Of a DNA stretch of 64,000 bases, positions 30,168 through 39,458 are shown piece by piece. The stretch's first letter is position 1. Every line of letters starts with the position of its first letter. Under the pieces are notes generated by a model that was given only the letters and a program-made list of their open reading frames with translations, made no database searches and was not told the origin of the DNA. Made by a program: the position numbers and the translations under genes. Source of the stretch: an uncultured delta proteobacterium (GTDB lineage: Bacteria; Myxococcota_A; UBA9160; UBA4427); assembly GCA_963822965.1 (NCBI GenBank), contig CAWGJT010000014.1, forward strand, positions 288,001 to 352,000. The letters are read 5' to 3'.

Positions 30168-31091
30168 TCAGACGGGGCCCGTGCCCTCCCGCTCGCGCAG
30201 GCGGTCCAGTCGGCGCCGGGCGGGTGCGATGGCGTGGGCGTGACGGGTCATGCCCTGCCAGGGGTCCTCGCGTTGGCCGAGGCGCCGGAACAGGTTCCGG
30301 ACGTGGAAGCGGCGGGGCGTGACGTGTCCGAGCTCGTCCCAGTCGATGGGCGTCGCCACCGGGGCGCCAGGGAGCGCGCGAACGGAGAATGGCGCGACCA
30401 CCGTCTGTGCGTAGGCGTTGCGCGCCACGTCGAGGAAGAGGCGTCCGCGCCGCTTCGACTTGCGGATCTCGGTGGTCAGCTCCCCGGGGAGGCGGGACGC
30501 CAGCAGGTCCATCGCGTCGCGGGCGAAGCTTCGCGTCTCGTCGAAGTCCGCGGACCGGTCGAGGGGGACCACCACGTGGAGTCCCCGCGATCCGGTGGTC
30601 TTGAGCCAGGCGGGCAGGTCCAGCTCGTCCAGCAGCTCGCGGCAGGCGCGCGCGGCCGCGCGCACCGGGGCGAAGTCGTCCCCGGACGGATCCAGGTCGA
30701 TCACGAGCTGGTCCGGATGGTCGAGGCGGTCGCTGCGCGAGAGCCACGGATGGAAGGTCACGCATCCCAGGTTGGCGAGCTGCGCCAGGGTGGCCCGCTT
30801 GTCGCAGACGACCAGGTCCTGGTGGCCGCCGTCTGCCTTCACGACCGTCGTCGTCGTGACCCACCCCGGGAGGTGTGCGCTCGCCTGCTTCTGGTAGAAC
30901 CCCGACGCTTCGATTCCGTCGGGGAACCGCTGGAGCATCGAAGGGCGGTCGCGAACCCACGGCAGCATGTGGTCCGCGATGCGTGCGTAGTAGTCGATCA
31001 GCTCGCCCTTGGTGATCCCGTTGTCGGGAAAGAGGACCTTGTCCTCGTTGGACGTCTCGACGACCCAGGGACCGTATCGGCGGCGGCTCAA
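30168..31091 (-). CDS. Stand-alone LigD polymerase/primase domain (NHEJ)
   Basis: DKVLFP..GITKGELIDYY, RFPDGI...FYQK, IDLDP, KTTGSRGLH and VAPFSVRA. Confidence 0.92.
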   Translation of the reverse strand: MSRRRYGPWVVETSNEDKVLFPDNGITKGELIDYYARIADHMLPWVRDRPSMLQRFPDGIEASGFYQKQASAHLPGWVTTTTVVKADGGHQDLVVCDKRATLAQLANLGCVTFHPWLSRSDRLDHPDQLVIDLDPSGDDFAPVRAAARACRELLDELDLPAWLKTTGSRGLHVVVPLDRSADFDETRSFARDAMDLLASRLPGELTTEIRKSKRRGRLFLDVARNAYAQTVVAPFSVRALPGAPVATPIDWDELGHVTPRRFHVRNLFRRLGQREDPWQGMTRHAHAIAPARRRLDRLREREGTGPV

Positions 31092-31159
31092 CGGCTCGCC
31101 TCCATGTGCTCACCTCGCTCGCCTGCTTCCGACCCGGATCTCCCGGGTCGCTGCCCCAT

Positions 31160-31639
31160 TCAAGCGACGGTGTAGAACGCGCCCAGAATCGCGCCGTAGG
31201 CGACATGGGCGACGAGCGTGGACAAGGGTGTGGCCCAGCCGTAGTTGAGGGCGAGGAATCCCGGCGGCTCGAGCTGGCGCGTCGGGGTGGGGCCGTCGTG
31301 TCGCGTGGCCATGCGGGGGTGGAGCGCCGGAAGCACCTCCATGCCCACGACCAGCACGAAGAGGCCGTGGAAGAGCCCGAGGCCCATTCCGATCAGCACC
31401 CCGGAGCGATGCCATCCTTCGAACGCGAGCGCATAGAGCACCGCAAACGCGAGCCCCGAGACGAAGTGCAGGGCGATGCCGATCGCCATCGCCCGGCTCC
31501 GGCGGGCGGAGAAGATCGTTCCGAGCATGTAGGGCAGGCTGATTCGCGACCAACCGAGCCCCTGGCTGGTGGACATCAGGAGCGTCAGCACCGCAGTGGC
31601 GAGCAGGCCCCACCCCAGTGCGCCGGGTGCCTGGATCAT
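31160..31639 (-). CDS. Hypothetical membrane protein (4 TM)
   Basis: Hydrophobic ORF with HPRMA...LEPPGF.ALNYG, translationally coupled to GH15. Confidence 0.7.
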   Translation of the reverse strand: MIQAPGALGWGLLATAVLTLLMSTSQGLGWSRISLPYMLGTIFSARRSRAMAIGIALHFVSGLAFAVLYALAFEGWHRSGVLIGMGLGLFHGLFVLVVGMEVLPALHPRMATRHDGPTPTRQLEPPGFLALNYGWATPLSTLVAHVAYGAILGAFYTVA

Positions 31640-33576
31640 GGCCTTTCCTCCGTTCGTCCCCCGATCTGGAGATCCTCGGCATCGGGCCCTCGGGACACGC
31701 GGCCGGGCGGCGGCAGGCCCGGGCCCTCGGCGGCCGGGCGGGCGCCGCGCCCGGCCGCGATCGCCAACGCCGCATTCACGAGACCCACGTGGGTGAAGGC
31801 CTGGGGGAAGTTGCCGAGTGCCGCGTGGGAGTCCGGATCGACCTCTTCGGCGAACAGGCCGACGTCGTTCGCCAATCCACAGAGCCGTTCGAGCTCGCGC
31901 TCGGCCTCGTCCACCCGGCCGGCTCGTGCCAGGTACTCGACGGCCCAGAAGGAGCAGAGGCCGAAGGCGCCCTCGCCGGCGGGCAGACCGTCCTCCGTCT
32001 CGTGGGGATAGCGGCGCAGCATCCCGTCCTGGCCAAGCTCCCGTCGCACGCGCTCGAAGGTCTGCAGCATGCGGGGCTCCTTCGGGTCGAGGTAGCCGTA
32101 CAGACCCAGGAGCAGCAGGCTCGCATCCACGTCCTCGCCGTCGAAGACGCTGGTGAAGGAGCTGCGTCGGGCGCACCAGCCGTGCTGGTCGATCGCGGAG
32201 CGGATCTCGTCGCGCACCTTCCGGAAGCGCTGCTTGCGGCGCTCGGAGAGACGCACCTCGCCGCAGTCGGCCATCTCGAGCAGTCGATCGAGGGCCACCC
32301 AGCACATCGCCACGGAGTTCACGTGCCGGCGCGCCTCGGAGCGGACCTCCCAGATGCCCTGGTCGGGCAGCTGCCAGAGTGCGCAGACGCGATCGCCCAC
32401 CCTGGCGAGAAGGCGGCCCGACCAGCTCCCCAGGGTGCCGCCCCGGCGCACGTACTCCGCGGCGGAGGCCAGGAGCTCGCCATAGAGATCGAGCTGCAGC
32501 TGGTCCTTGGCGGCGTTGCCGACCCGGACCGGACGGGAATCGCGGTAGCCGCGGAGATGGTCGAGCTCGCGCTCGGCCGCCGCCGGGCCACCGAACACGT
32601 TGTAGAGGACCTGGAGCATCGACCGGCTGTGGTGCGTGGCATACAGGAGCCACGAGAAGAAGGCGCTTCCCTCCTCGACGTAGCCCAGCTCCAGGAGCAC
32701 GCGCAGGGTGAAGCACGCGTCGCGGAGCCAGCAGTAGCGATAGTCCCAGTTGCGGACGCCCCCGATGCGCTCGGGAAGCGAAGTGGTCGGCGCCGCCACC
32801 ACGGCGCCGGAAGCCGAGAAGGTCATGAGCTTCAGCGTGATGGCGCTCCGCACCACCTGCTCGCGATGCGGACCCTCGTACTTGCAACGCCCGCTCCACT
32901 TCCGCCAGAACGCGAGGGTGGCTTCCAGGTTGCGGGCGGCGTGCTCTCCGAGCGGCGGGATCGTGACGGGCTCGGCCTGGTCGTAGGCCAGCACCACGAA
33001 GCGCCGCTCGCCCGCCTCGAGCCGCGCGCCGCCCGAGATGATCCCGTCGCGCACCTCGAGCGGCATCTCGGCGCGCACGACGATGACGTCCCCGCGGTGC
33101 TGCAGGAAGATCCCCAACGGCCCGCGGTCGTGGGCGCGGACCGGGCGGCGGCCGTAGTCGAAGCGCACCTCGCAGGTCACCCGGACCTCGACGCTGCCCT
33201 CGACGCAGATCAGCTCGCGAAGCAGCTGGTGCTCCGGCCACAACGCCCCCACGTCCCCGACGTTGGAGGTGGCGACCATGCAGTCGCGCAGCCGAAGCAA
33301 GCCGGAGTCCGTGTGGAACTCGGTCTCGAGCACCGCGGTGCCCTCGACGTATCGGCGCACGGTGCGGTACGGCCCCTTCGGCGCCACGTGGAAGCGCCCC
33401 CCGCGCTCGCGGTCGAGGATCGCGGCGAACAGCGACGGGCTGTCGAAGCGCGGGCAGCAGAGCCACTCCACCGCGCCGTCCCGGGAGACGAGCGCCGCAC
33501 TGCCGCAGTCGCCGATCAGCGCGTAGTCCGCGATGGGCGGGAATTCGGCGTCGTTGTCGCTGTCGTCGTCGCTCAA
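31636..33576 (-). CDS. Glycoside hydrolase family 15 (glucoamylase/trehalase-like)
   Basis: IADYALIGD, APTTSLPE..GG.RNWDYRYCWLRD, QLDLYGE, GIWE and GNFPQAFTH. Confidence 0.93.
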   Translation of the reverse strand: MSDDDSDNDAEFPPIADYALIGDCGSAALVSRDGAVEWLCCPRFDSPSLFAAILDRERGGRFHVAPKGPYRTVRRYVEGTAVLETEFHTDSGLLRLRDCMVATSNVGDVGALWPEHQLLRELICVEGSVEVRVTCEVRFDYGRRPVRAHDRGPLGIFLQHRGDVIVVRAEMPLEVRDGIISGGARLEAGERRFVVLAYDQAEPVTIPPLGEHAARNLEATLAFWRKWSGRCKYEGPHREQVVRSAITLKLMTFSASGAVVAAPTTSLPERIGGVRNWDYRYCWLRDACFTLRVLLELGYVEEGSAFFSWLLYATHHSRSMLQVLYNVFGGPAAAERELDHLRGYRDSRPVRVGNAAKDQLQLDLYGELLASAAEYVRRGGTLGSWSGRLLARVGDRVCALWQLPDQGIWEVRSEARRHVNSVAMCWVALDRLLEMADCGEVRLSERRKQRFRKVRDEIRSAIDQHGWCARRSSFTSVFDGEDVDASLLLLGLYGYLDPKEPRMLQTFERVRRELGQDGMLRRYPHETEDGLPAGEGAFGLCSFWAVEYLARAGRVDEAERELERLCGLANDVGLFAEEVDPDSHAALGNFPQAFTHVGLVNAALAIAAGRGARPAAEGPGLPPPGRVSRGPDAEDLQIGGRTEERP

Positions 33577-33626
33577 GGGCCCTCCCCGGGGCCGGTGCTC
33601 CCGGGCCCACGTGCGTCCAGGCTGCG

Positions 33627-33642
33627 AGCAAAGAGTGTGCCC
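33627..33642 (-). promoter_or_regulatory. sigma54 promoter for GH15
   Basis: Minus strand GGGCACA-CTCT-TTGCT. Confidence 0.6.
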
Positions 33643-33693
33643 GCGGGAGACCCCGGCGCCAATCGCCGGCCGTCGCGCGTCTCGATCCACCTC

Positions 33694-33709
33694 TGGCACG
33701 CGTTTTGCT
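33694..33709 (+). promoter_or_regulatory. sigma54 promoter for SDR-nhaP
   Basis: TGGCACG-CGTT-TTGCT. Confidence 0.75.
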
Positions 33710-33722
33710 TTGCCTTCGAGCC

Positions 33723-34739
33723 ATGGAAGCCCGAAGCCAGGAGGATGGATCCCCGCGCCCGGTGGTCGTCGTGACCGGCGCGTCCGCCGGCGTGGGTCGC
33801 GCGACGGCCCGCGCCTTCGCCGCCCAGGGCGCCGACGTGGGTCTGCTGGCGCGCGGGGCCGATGGGCTCCAGGCGGCAGCCAAGGAGGTGGAGGCGCACG
33901 GTGGGCGCGCCCTCGCGATTCCCACCGACGTCTCCGAGCCGGAGGCGGTCGAGCGGGCGGCGGAGCGAATCGAGGACGAGCTCGGGCCCATCCGGGTGTG
34001 GGTCAACGATGCGATGGTGACGGTCATGTCCCCGGTGGCGCAGATGAGCGCCGACGAGTTCCGACGCGTGACGGAGGTGACCTACCTGGGAGCCGTCCAC
34101 GGCACCCTCTGCGCGCTCCGCCGCATGAAGCCGCGGGATCGCGGAACCATCGTGCAGGTGGGCTCGGCCCTTTCCTATCGCGCGATCCCGCTCCAGAGCG
34201 CCTACTGCGCCTCCAAGCACGCGCTGCGGGGCTTCACCGACGCGCTGCGCTGCGAGCTCATGCACGAGAAGAGCGGTGTCCACATCACCATGGTGCAGCT
34301 CCCTGCGCTCAACACGCCGCAGTTCGAGTGGAGTCGGATCCGCTTCTCGAAGCAGCCCCAGCCGGTGCCCCCGATCTATCAGCCCGAGGTGGCGGCCGAA
34401 GCCATCGTGTTCGCGGCCGGGGCGCGCCGGCGCGAGGTCTGGGTCGGCGGCTGGAACGCCTTCCTCATGCTCGCCAACAAGCTCGCGCCGGGCGTGGGAG
34501 ACCGGTACCTCGCCCGCACCGGCTTCGCATCGCAGTTTCTCGACGAGCCGGTCGATCCCGAACGGCCCGACAACCTGTTTCGCCCGGTTCCAGGCGATTT
34601 CGGGGCCCACGGCCGCTTCGACGACCGCGCGCGGGAGCACTCCCTGCAGCTCCGCGCGACGCGGATTCGCGGACCCCTGGTGCTCGCGGCCGGGGTCCTC
34701 GCGCTGGGAATCTGGCTCAGCCTTCGAATGCTCGTCTGA
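33723..34739 (+). CDS. Short-chain dehydrogenase/reductase
   Basis: TGASAGVG, YCASK and LPALNTPQF. Confidence 0.92.
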   Translation: MEARSQEDGSPRPVVVVTGASAGVGRATARAFAAQGADVGLLARGADGLQAAAKEVEAHGGRALAIPTDVSEPEAVERAAERIEDELGPIRVWVNDAMVTVMSPVAQMSADEFRRVTEVTYLGAVHGTLCALRRMKPRDRGTIVQVGSALSYRAIPLQSAYCASKHALRGFTDALRCELMHEKSGVHITMVQLPALNTPQFEWSRIRFSKQPQPVPPIYQPEVAAEAIVFAAGARRREVWVGGWNAFLMLANKLAPGVGDRYLARTGFASQFLDEPVDPERPDNLFRPVPGDFGAHGRFDDRAREHSLQLRATRIRGPLVLAAGVLALGIWLSLRMLV

Positions 34740-34766
34740 CCCGGTGCGCGGGGCCGCGCCGCCTTC

Positions 34767-36002
34767 ATGAACCTGTTCGAAACCATCGCTTCCCTCGTCA
34801 CGCTGGTGGCGGCCTTCAGCTGGGCGAATCGGCGCTGGATCCGTCTCCCCACCGCGATCGGGTCGATGCTGATCGCGTTGCTCTCGTCGCTGGCGCTCGT
34901 CGCCCTGGGGCGGCTGGGCGCTCCGGTCGTCCAGCCCCTCCTGGCGCTCGTGGCCTCGATCGACTTCGGCCAGGCGTTCCTGCACGGAATGCTCGGCGCG
35001 TTGCTCTTCGCGGGCGCGCTCCACGTGGACGTCGAGGACCTGATCGCCCACCGCAACATGATCGTCCTCCTCGCGAGCGTCGGCGTGCTGGCCTCGACCC
35101 TCCTCATCGGCAGCGACGTCTGGTGGGGCCTGCAGGCGCTGGGCCATCCGGTCTCGTACGTGGGCTGCCTGCTCTTCGGCGCCTTGATCTCTCCCACGGA
35201 TCCCATCGCCGTGCTCGCGGTGCTCCGGGACGCGCGCGTTCCGAAGGCCCTGGAGACGAAGCTCGTCGGCGAGGCGCTCTTCAACGACGGGGTGGGGGTC
35301 GTCCTCTTCGTCACCATTGCCGAGCTCGCCAGCTCGGGACGGGCGGTCGGCGTCCCCGACGCGGCGCTCCTCCTCCTGCGGGAGGTGCTGGGCGGGATCG
35401 TCTATGGCGGGCTCCTGGGTGCGCTGGCCTACCGCATGTTGAAGAGCGTGGATGACTACGAGGTGGAGATCCTGCTGACCCTGGCGGTGGTGACGGGGGG
35501 CTACGCGGTCGCCCAGCGCCTGGGCGTCTCGGGTCCGCTCTCCATGGTCGTGGCGGGCCTGCTCCTGGGCAACCGCGGGCGCATCCACGCCATGTCGGAG
35601 CACACACGCGAGCGCCTCGACGCCTTCTGGGAGCTGGTCGACGGCTTCCTCAACGCGATCCTCTTCGTCCTGATCGGGCTCGAGGTGGTCGCCCTGGACT
35701 TCGATCCGACCTCGTTCATCGCCGGGCTGCTCGCGATTCCGCTGATCCTGGGTACCCGCTTCCTGACCATCGGGGTCCCGGTGACCGTGCTTCGCCCGTG
35801 GCAGACCTTCGAGCCCCACGCGGTGAAGATCCTCACCTGGAGCGGGCTGCGCGGCGGCATATCCGTGGCGCTCGCGCTCTCCCTGCCCCAGGGCGCGGAG
35901 CGTGATCTGTTCCTGGCCGTCACCTACGTCGTGGTGAGTTCTACAATTCTCGTCCAGGGTCTTTCCCTCGGACGCGTGGTGCGACGTCTGTACTCCGCCT
36001 GA
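34767..36002 (+). CDS. CPA1/NhaP-type Na+/H+ antiporter
   Basis: LLFAGALH, ISPTDPIAV, GEALFNDG and GLRGGISVALALSLP. Confidence 0.92.
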   Translation: MNLFETIASLVTLVAAFSWANRRWIRLPTAIGSMLIALLSSLALVALGRLGAPVVQPLLALVASIDFGQAFLHGMLGALLFAGALHVDVEDLIAHRNMIVLLASVGVLASTLLIGSDVWWGLQALGHPVSYVGCLLFGALISPTDPIAVLAVLRDARVPKALETKLVGEALFNDGVGVVLFVTIAELASSGRAVGVPDAALLLLREVLGGIVYGGLLGALAYRMLKSVDDYEVEILLTLAVVTGGYAVAQRLGVSGPLSMVVAGLLLGNRGRIHAMSEHTRERLDAFWELVDGFLNAILFVLIGLEVVALDFDPTSFIAGLLAIPLILGTRFLTIGVPVTVLRPWQTFEPHAVKILTWSGLRGGISVALALSLPQGAERDLFLAVTYVVVSSTILVQGLSLGRVVRRLYSA

Positions 36003-36057
36003 TGGTCGCGCTCGTACCAGCGCAGCCGCGTCCCTCGCGGCGGCTCGGTCGCGGTCT

Positions 36058-36073
36058 TGGCACGCGGATTGCG
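36058..36073 (+). promoter_or_regulatory. sigma54 promoter for the ASRT-TPP enzyme operon
   Basis: TGGCACG-CGGA-TTGCG. Confidence 0.7.
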
Positions 36074-36086
36074 AATCCGATCGTCG

Positions 36087-36530
36087 ATGAACGAAGACGG
36101 AGCCGCACCGATCGGGTCTCGGACCTGGGCCATCCCGGAGGGATACATCCCGGAGCGAAGCACGGGACCCACACCCGAGATGGAGAGCCACGAGACGGCG
36201 TGCCTGCTCAACGCAAGCGGGCAGGACGCCCGGGTCCGCATCTGGATCTACTTCGCGGACCGGGATCCGCTGGGCCCCTACCGGGTGGTGGTCCCCGCGC
36301 GCCGGACCCTCCATCTGCGCTTCAACGAGCTCGACGATCCCGAGCCGGTGCCGCGCGGCACCGACTACGCGAGCACATTCGAATCGGACGTTCCGATCGT
36401 CGTGCAGCATACGCGGCTCGACTCGAGACAGGCGGAGAACGCCCTGTTGAGCACGATCGCCTTCTCGGGCTCGTCGGGCTCGTCGGGCTCGGGCGCACGC
36501 GCTGCGTCGGGCGGCATCGGCGATCGGTGA
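36087..36530 (+). CDS. Anabaena sensory rhodopsin transducer (ASRT) family protein
   Basis: IG.RTWAIPEGYIP, SHETACLLN, VPARRTLHLRFN and SDVPIVVQHTRLDSRQAENALLSTIAF. Confidence 0.85.
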   Translation: MNEDGAAPIGSRTWAIPEGYIPERSTGPTPEMESHETACLLNASGQDARVRIWIYFADRDPLGPYRVVVPARRTLHLRFNELDDPEPVPRGTDYASTFESDVPIVVQHTRLDSRQAENALLSTIAFSGSSGSSGSGARAASGGIGDR

Positions 36531-36551
36531 GAGAGAGAGGAGGAACCACCC

Positions 36552-38348
36552 ATGGCGGACACCTGCGCGGACTTCCTGATCGAACGCCTCCGAGACTGGG
36601 GGATCGAGCGCATCTACGGCTATCCGGGCGACGGCATCAACGCGATCATGGGCGCCCTCAACCGGGCGGGAAACCGACCGGAATTCATTCAGACGCGCCA
36701 CGAGGAGATGGCCGCGTTCATGGCCTGCGGGCACGCCAAGTTCACCGGCGAGCTCGGCGTCTGCCTCGCGACGTCCGGCCCCGGTGCGATCCATCTGCTC
36801 AACGGGCTCTACGACGCCAAGATGGACCACCAGCCCGTCCTGGCCATCGTCGGCCAGCAGGCGCGCATGTCGCTGGGCGGCAGCTACCAGCAGGAAGTCG
36901 ATCTGACGTCGCTCTTCAAGGACGTGGCTCACGAGTACGTCCAGCTGGTGACGACGCCCGAGCAGCTGCCGGAGGTGGTGGACCGCGCGGTCCGCATCGC
37001 GCTCGCCGAGCGCTGCGTGACCTGCCTGATCCTTCCCAATGATCTGCAGAGCCTGCCTGCCGTTCGAAGCCTGCCCCGCAAGCACGGGGTCGTTCCCGGC
37101 GGCGTCGGCTACGCGGGCTCACGACTCCTTCCGGTGGAGAGCGAGCTGGAACGCGCGGCACGGGTCCTGAACGAGGGCCAGAAGGTCGCGATGCTCGTAG
37201 GCCAGGGCGCCCGGGGCGCCTGCGACGAGGTGCTGGAGACCGCCGACGTGCTGGGGGCCGGGCGTGGCCAAGGCGCTTCTCGGAAAGGACGTTCTGCCCG
37301 ACGACCTGCCCTTCGTGACCGGCGTCGATCGGCCTGCTGGGAACGCGTCCCAGCTACACGATGATGATGCAGTGCGACACGCTCCTCATGGTGGGCTCCA
37401 GCTTTCCCTACTCGGAGTTCCTGCCGAAGCCGGGCAGCGTGCGCGGCGTCCAGATCGACATCGACGGGCGCATGATCGGAATCCGCTACCCGATGGAAGC
37501 GCATCTCGTGGGCGATTCCGCGCAGACCCTGCGCGAGCTGCTGCCACGCCTGGAACGGAAGACCGACCGCTCCTGGCGCCAGCAGATCGAGCAGCGAGGT
37601 CGAGGAGTGGTGGAAGGTCGTGGAGGCCCGTGCGATGCAGGACGCGGAGCCCCTCAACCCCCAGCGCGTGTTCTGGGAGCTCTCCAAGCGGCTGCCCGAC
37701 GAGTGCATCCTCTCGTCGGACTCCGGCTCCGCGGCGAACTGGTTCGCGCGCGACCTGCGGCTGCGCCGCGGCATGCGGGCCTCGCTGTCGGGGAACCTGG
37801 CCTCCATGGGGCCGGGCGTGCCCTACGCAATCGCCGCCAAGTTCGCGCACCCCGACCGGCCGGTGATCGCGCTGGTGGGTGACGGCGCCATGCAGATGAA
37901 CGGTCTGGCGGAGCTCATCACCATCCACAAGTACTGGAAGCAGTGGAGCGATCCGAGACTGGTCGTGCTCGTCCTGCACAACAACGATCTGAATCAGGTC
38001 ACCTGGGAGATGCGCGTCATGGAGGGCGATCCCCGCTTCGAGGCGTCTCAGGAGATTCCCGAGTTTCCGTACGCGCGCTTCGCCGAGCTCCTGGGGCTGA
38101 AGGGGCTGCGCGTGGACTCTCCCGACGACGTGGGCGCCGCGTGGGACGAGGCGCTGACGGCGGACCGTCCGGTCGTCCTCGAGGCCGTGACCGACCCCAA
38201 CGTGCCGCCGCTTCCGCCCCACATCACCTTCGACCAGGCCAAGGGCATGATGTCGGCTCTGCTGCGGGGCGATCCCGACCGCGCGGAGATCGTCCGCCAG
38301 AGCTTCTGGGGCAAGCTCGAGGAATTCAAGCCCCGCCGGAAGACGTGA
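36552..38348 (+). CDS. ThDP-requiring enzyme (pyruvate oxidase/PoxB-like family); several indels
   Basis: YGYPGDGIN, RHEEMAAFMA, SGPGAIHLLNGLYDA and GDGAMQMNG...NNDLN. Confidence 0.9.
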
Positions 38349-39458
38349 TCGTGGCGTCATCCCGCCCCGAACGCAGCCATCGACAAGGTCGTCGCCTCCG
38401 CCTACGTCGTCCCCACGGACTTCCCGGAGTCGGACGGTACGCTGACGTGGGACTCCACGACGCTCGTGCTCGTCGAGGTCTCGGGCGCCGGGCGGACGGG
38501 CATCGGCTTCACCTATGCGGATGCCGCGGCGGCGACGCTGGTACGCACCGTGCTGGCCGAGGTCGTGGCGGGCCGCGACGTACTGGACGTTCCCGCGGCC
38601 TGGGAGGCGATGGTGCGGTCGATCCGCAACCAGGGGCGGCCCGGAATCGCATCCATGGCGATCGCCGCGGTGGACGTCGCGCTGTGGGACCTGAAGGCTC
38701 GCCTGCTCGAGCTTCCGCTGGTCGGTCTGCTGGGCGCGGCCCGGGAGACGCTGCCCGTCTACGGCAGCGGCGGCTTCACCTCGTATCCGCTCTCGCGTCT
38801 CGAGGCCCAGCTGGGCGGCTGGACGGCTCGGGGCATTCCGCGCGTGAAGATGAAGGTGGGGAGGCATCCCGAGCAGGACGTGGAGCGGGTGCGCGCGGCC
38901 CGCGAAGGCCGATGGGCCCGGCCGCCGAGCTGTACGTGGACGCCAACGGCGCCTGGGATCGCAAGCAGGCGCTGGCCTTCGCCGAGCGCTTCGCCGGGGA
39001 AGGCGTCAGCTGGGTCGAGGAGCCCGTGTCCTCCGACGACCTGGCCGGCCTGCGTCTCGTGCGCGACCGGGCGCCGGCGGGGGTCGAAGTCGCCGCGGGC
39101 GAGTACGGCTACGACCTGCCGTACTTTCGCCGCATGCTCGAGGCGGGCGCCGTGGACGTGCTCCAGGCCGACCTCTCGCGCTGTGCCGGCGTTTCGGGAT
39201 TCCTCGCGGTGGCCGACCTGTGCGACGCCTTCGGCATTCCGCTCTCGTCCCACTGCGGTCCGTCGCTGCACCTGCACCCCGGCTGTGCCGTTCCCGGGAT
39301 GCGGCACGCGGAGTACTTCCACGACCACGTTCGCGTCGAGCAGCTGCTCTTCGACGGTGTGGTGAGCCCGGTCGACGGCGCTCTCGCTCCCGATCTGTCG
39401 AGGCCCGGCATCGGGCTCGAGCTCAAGCGGGCCGATGCCGAGGAGGTACGCGCTGTGA
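38345..39458 (+). CDS. Mandelate racemase / enolase superfamily protein (frameshifted)
   Basis: PESDGT..W, AAVDVALWDLKA, VYGSGGFTSY, KMK, DANGA, EEP and GEYGY. Confidence 0.85.

Noticed and set aside
36463..36493. Short 9-bp repeat TCGGGCTCG at the end of the ASRT gene
   Set aside because: It is a low-complexity Ser/Gly tail with no evidence of function.
33573..37085. Very long antisense or alternate-frame ORFs (for example 33573-37085 minus, 7801-10596 minus, 47930-50413 minus, 55469-58414 plus)
   Set aside because: These are shadow ORFs expected at very high GC. They are Arg/Gly/Ala-rich, have no motifs, and overlap well-supported genes.
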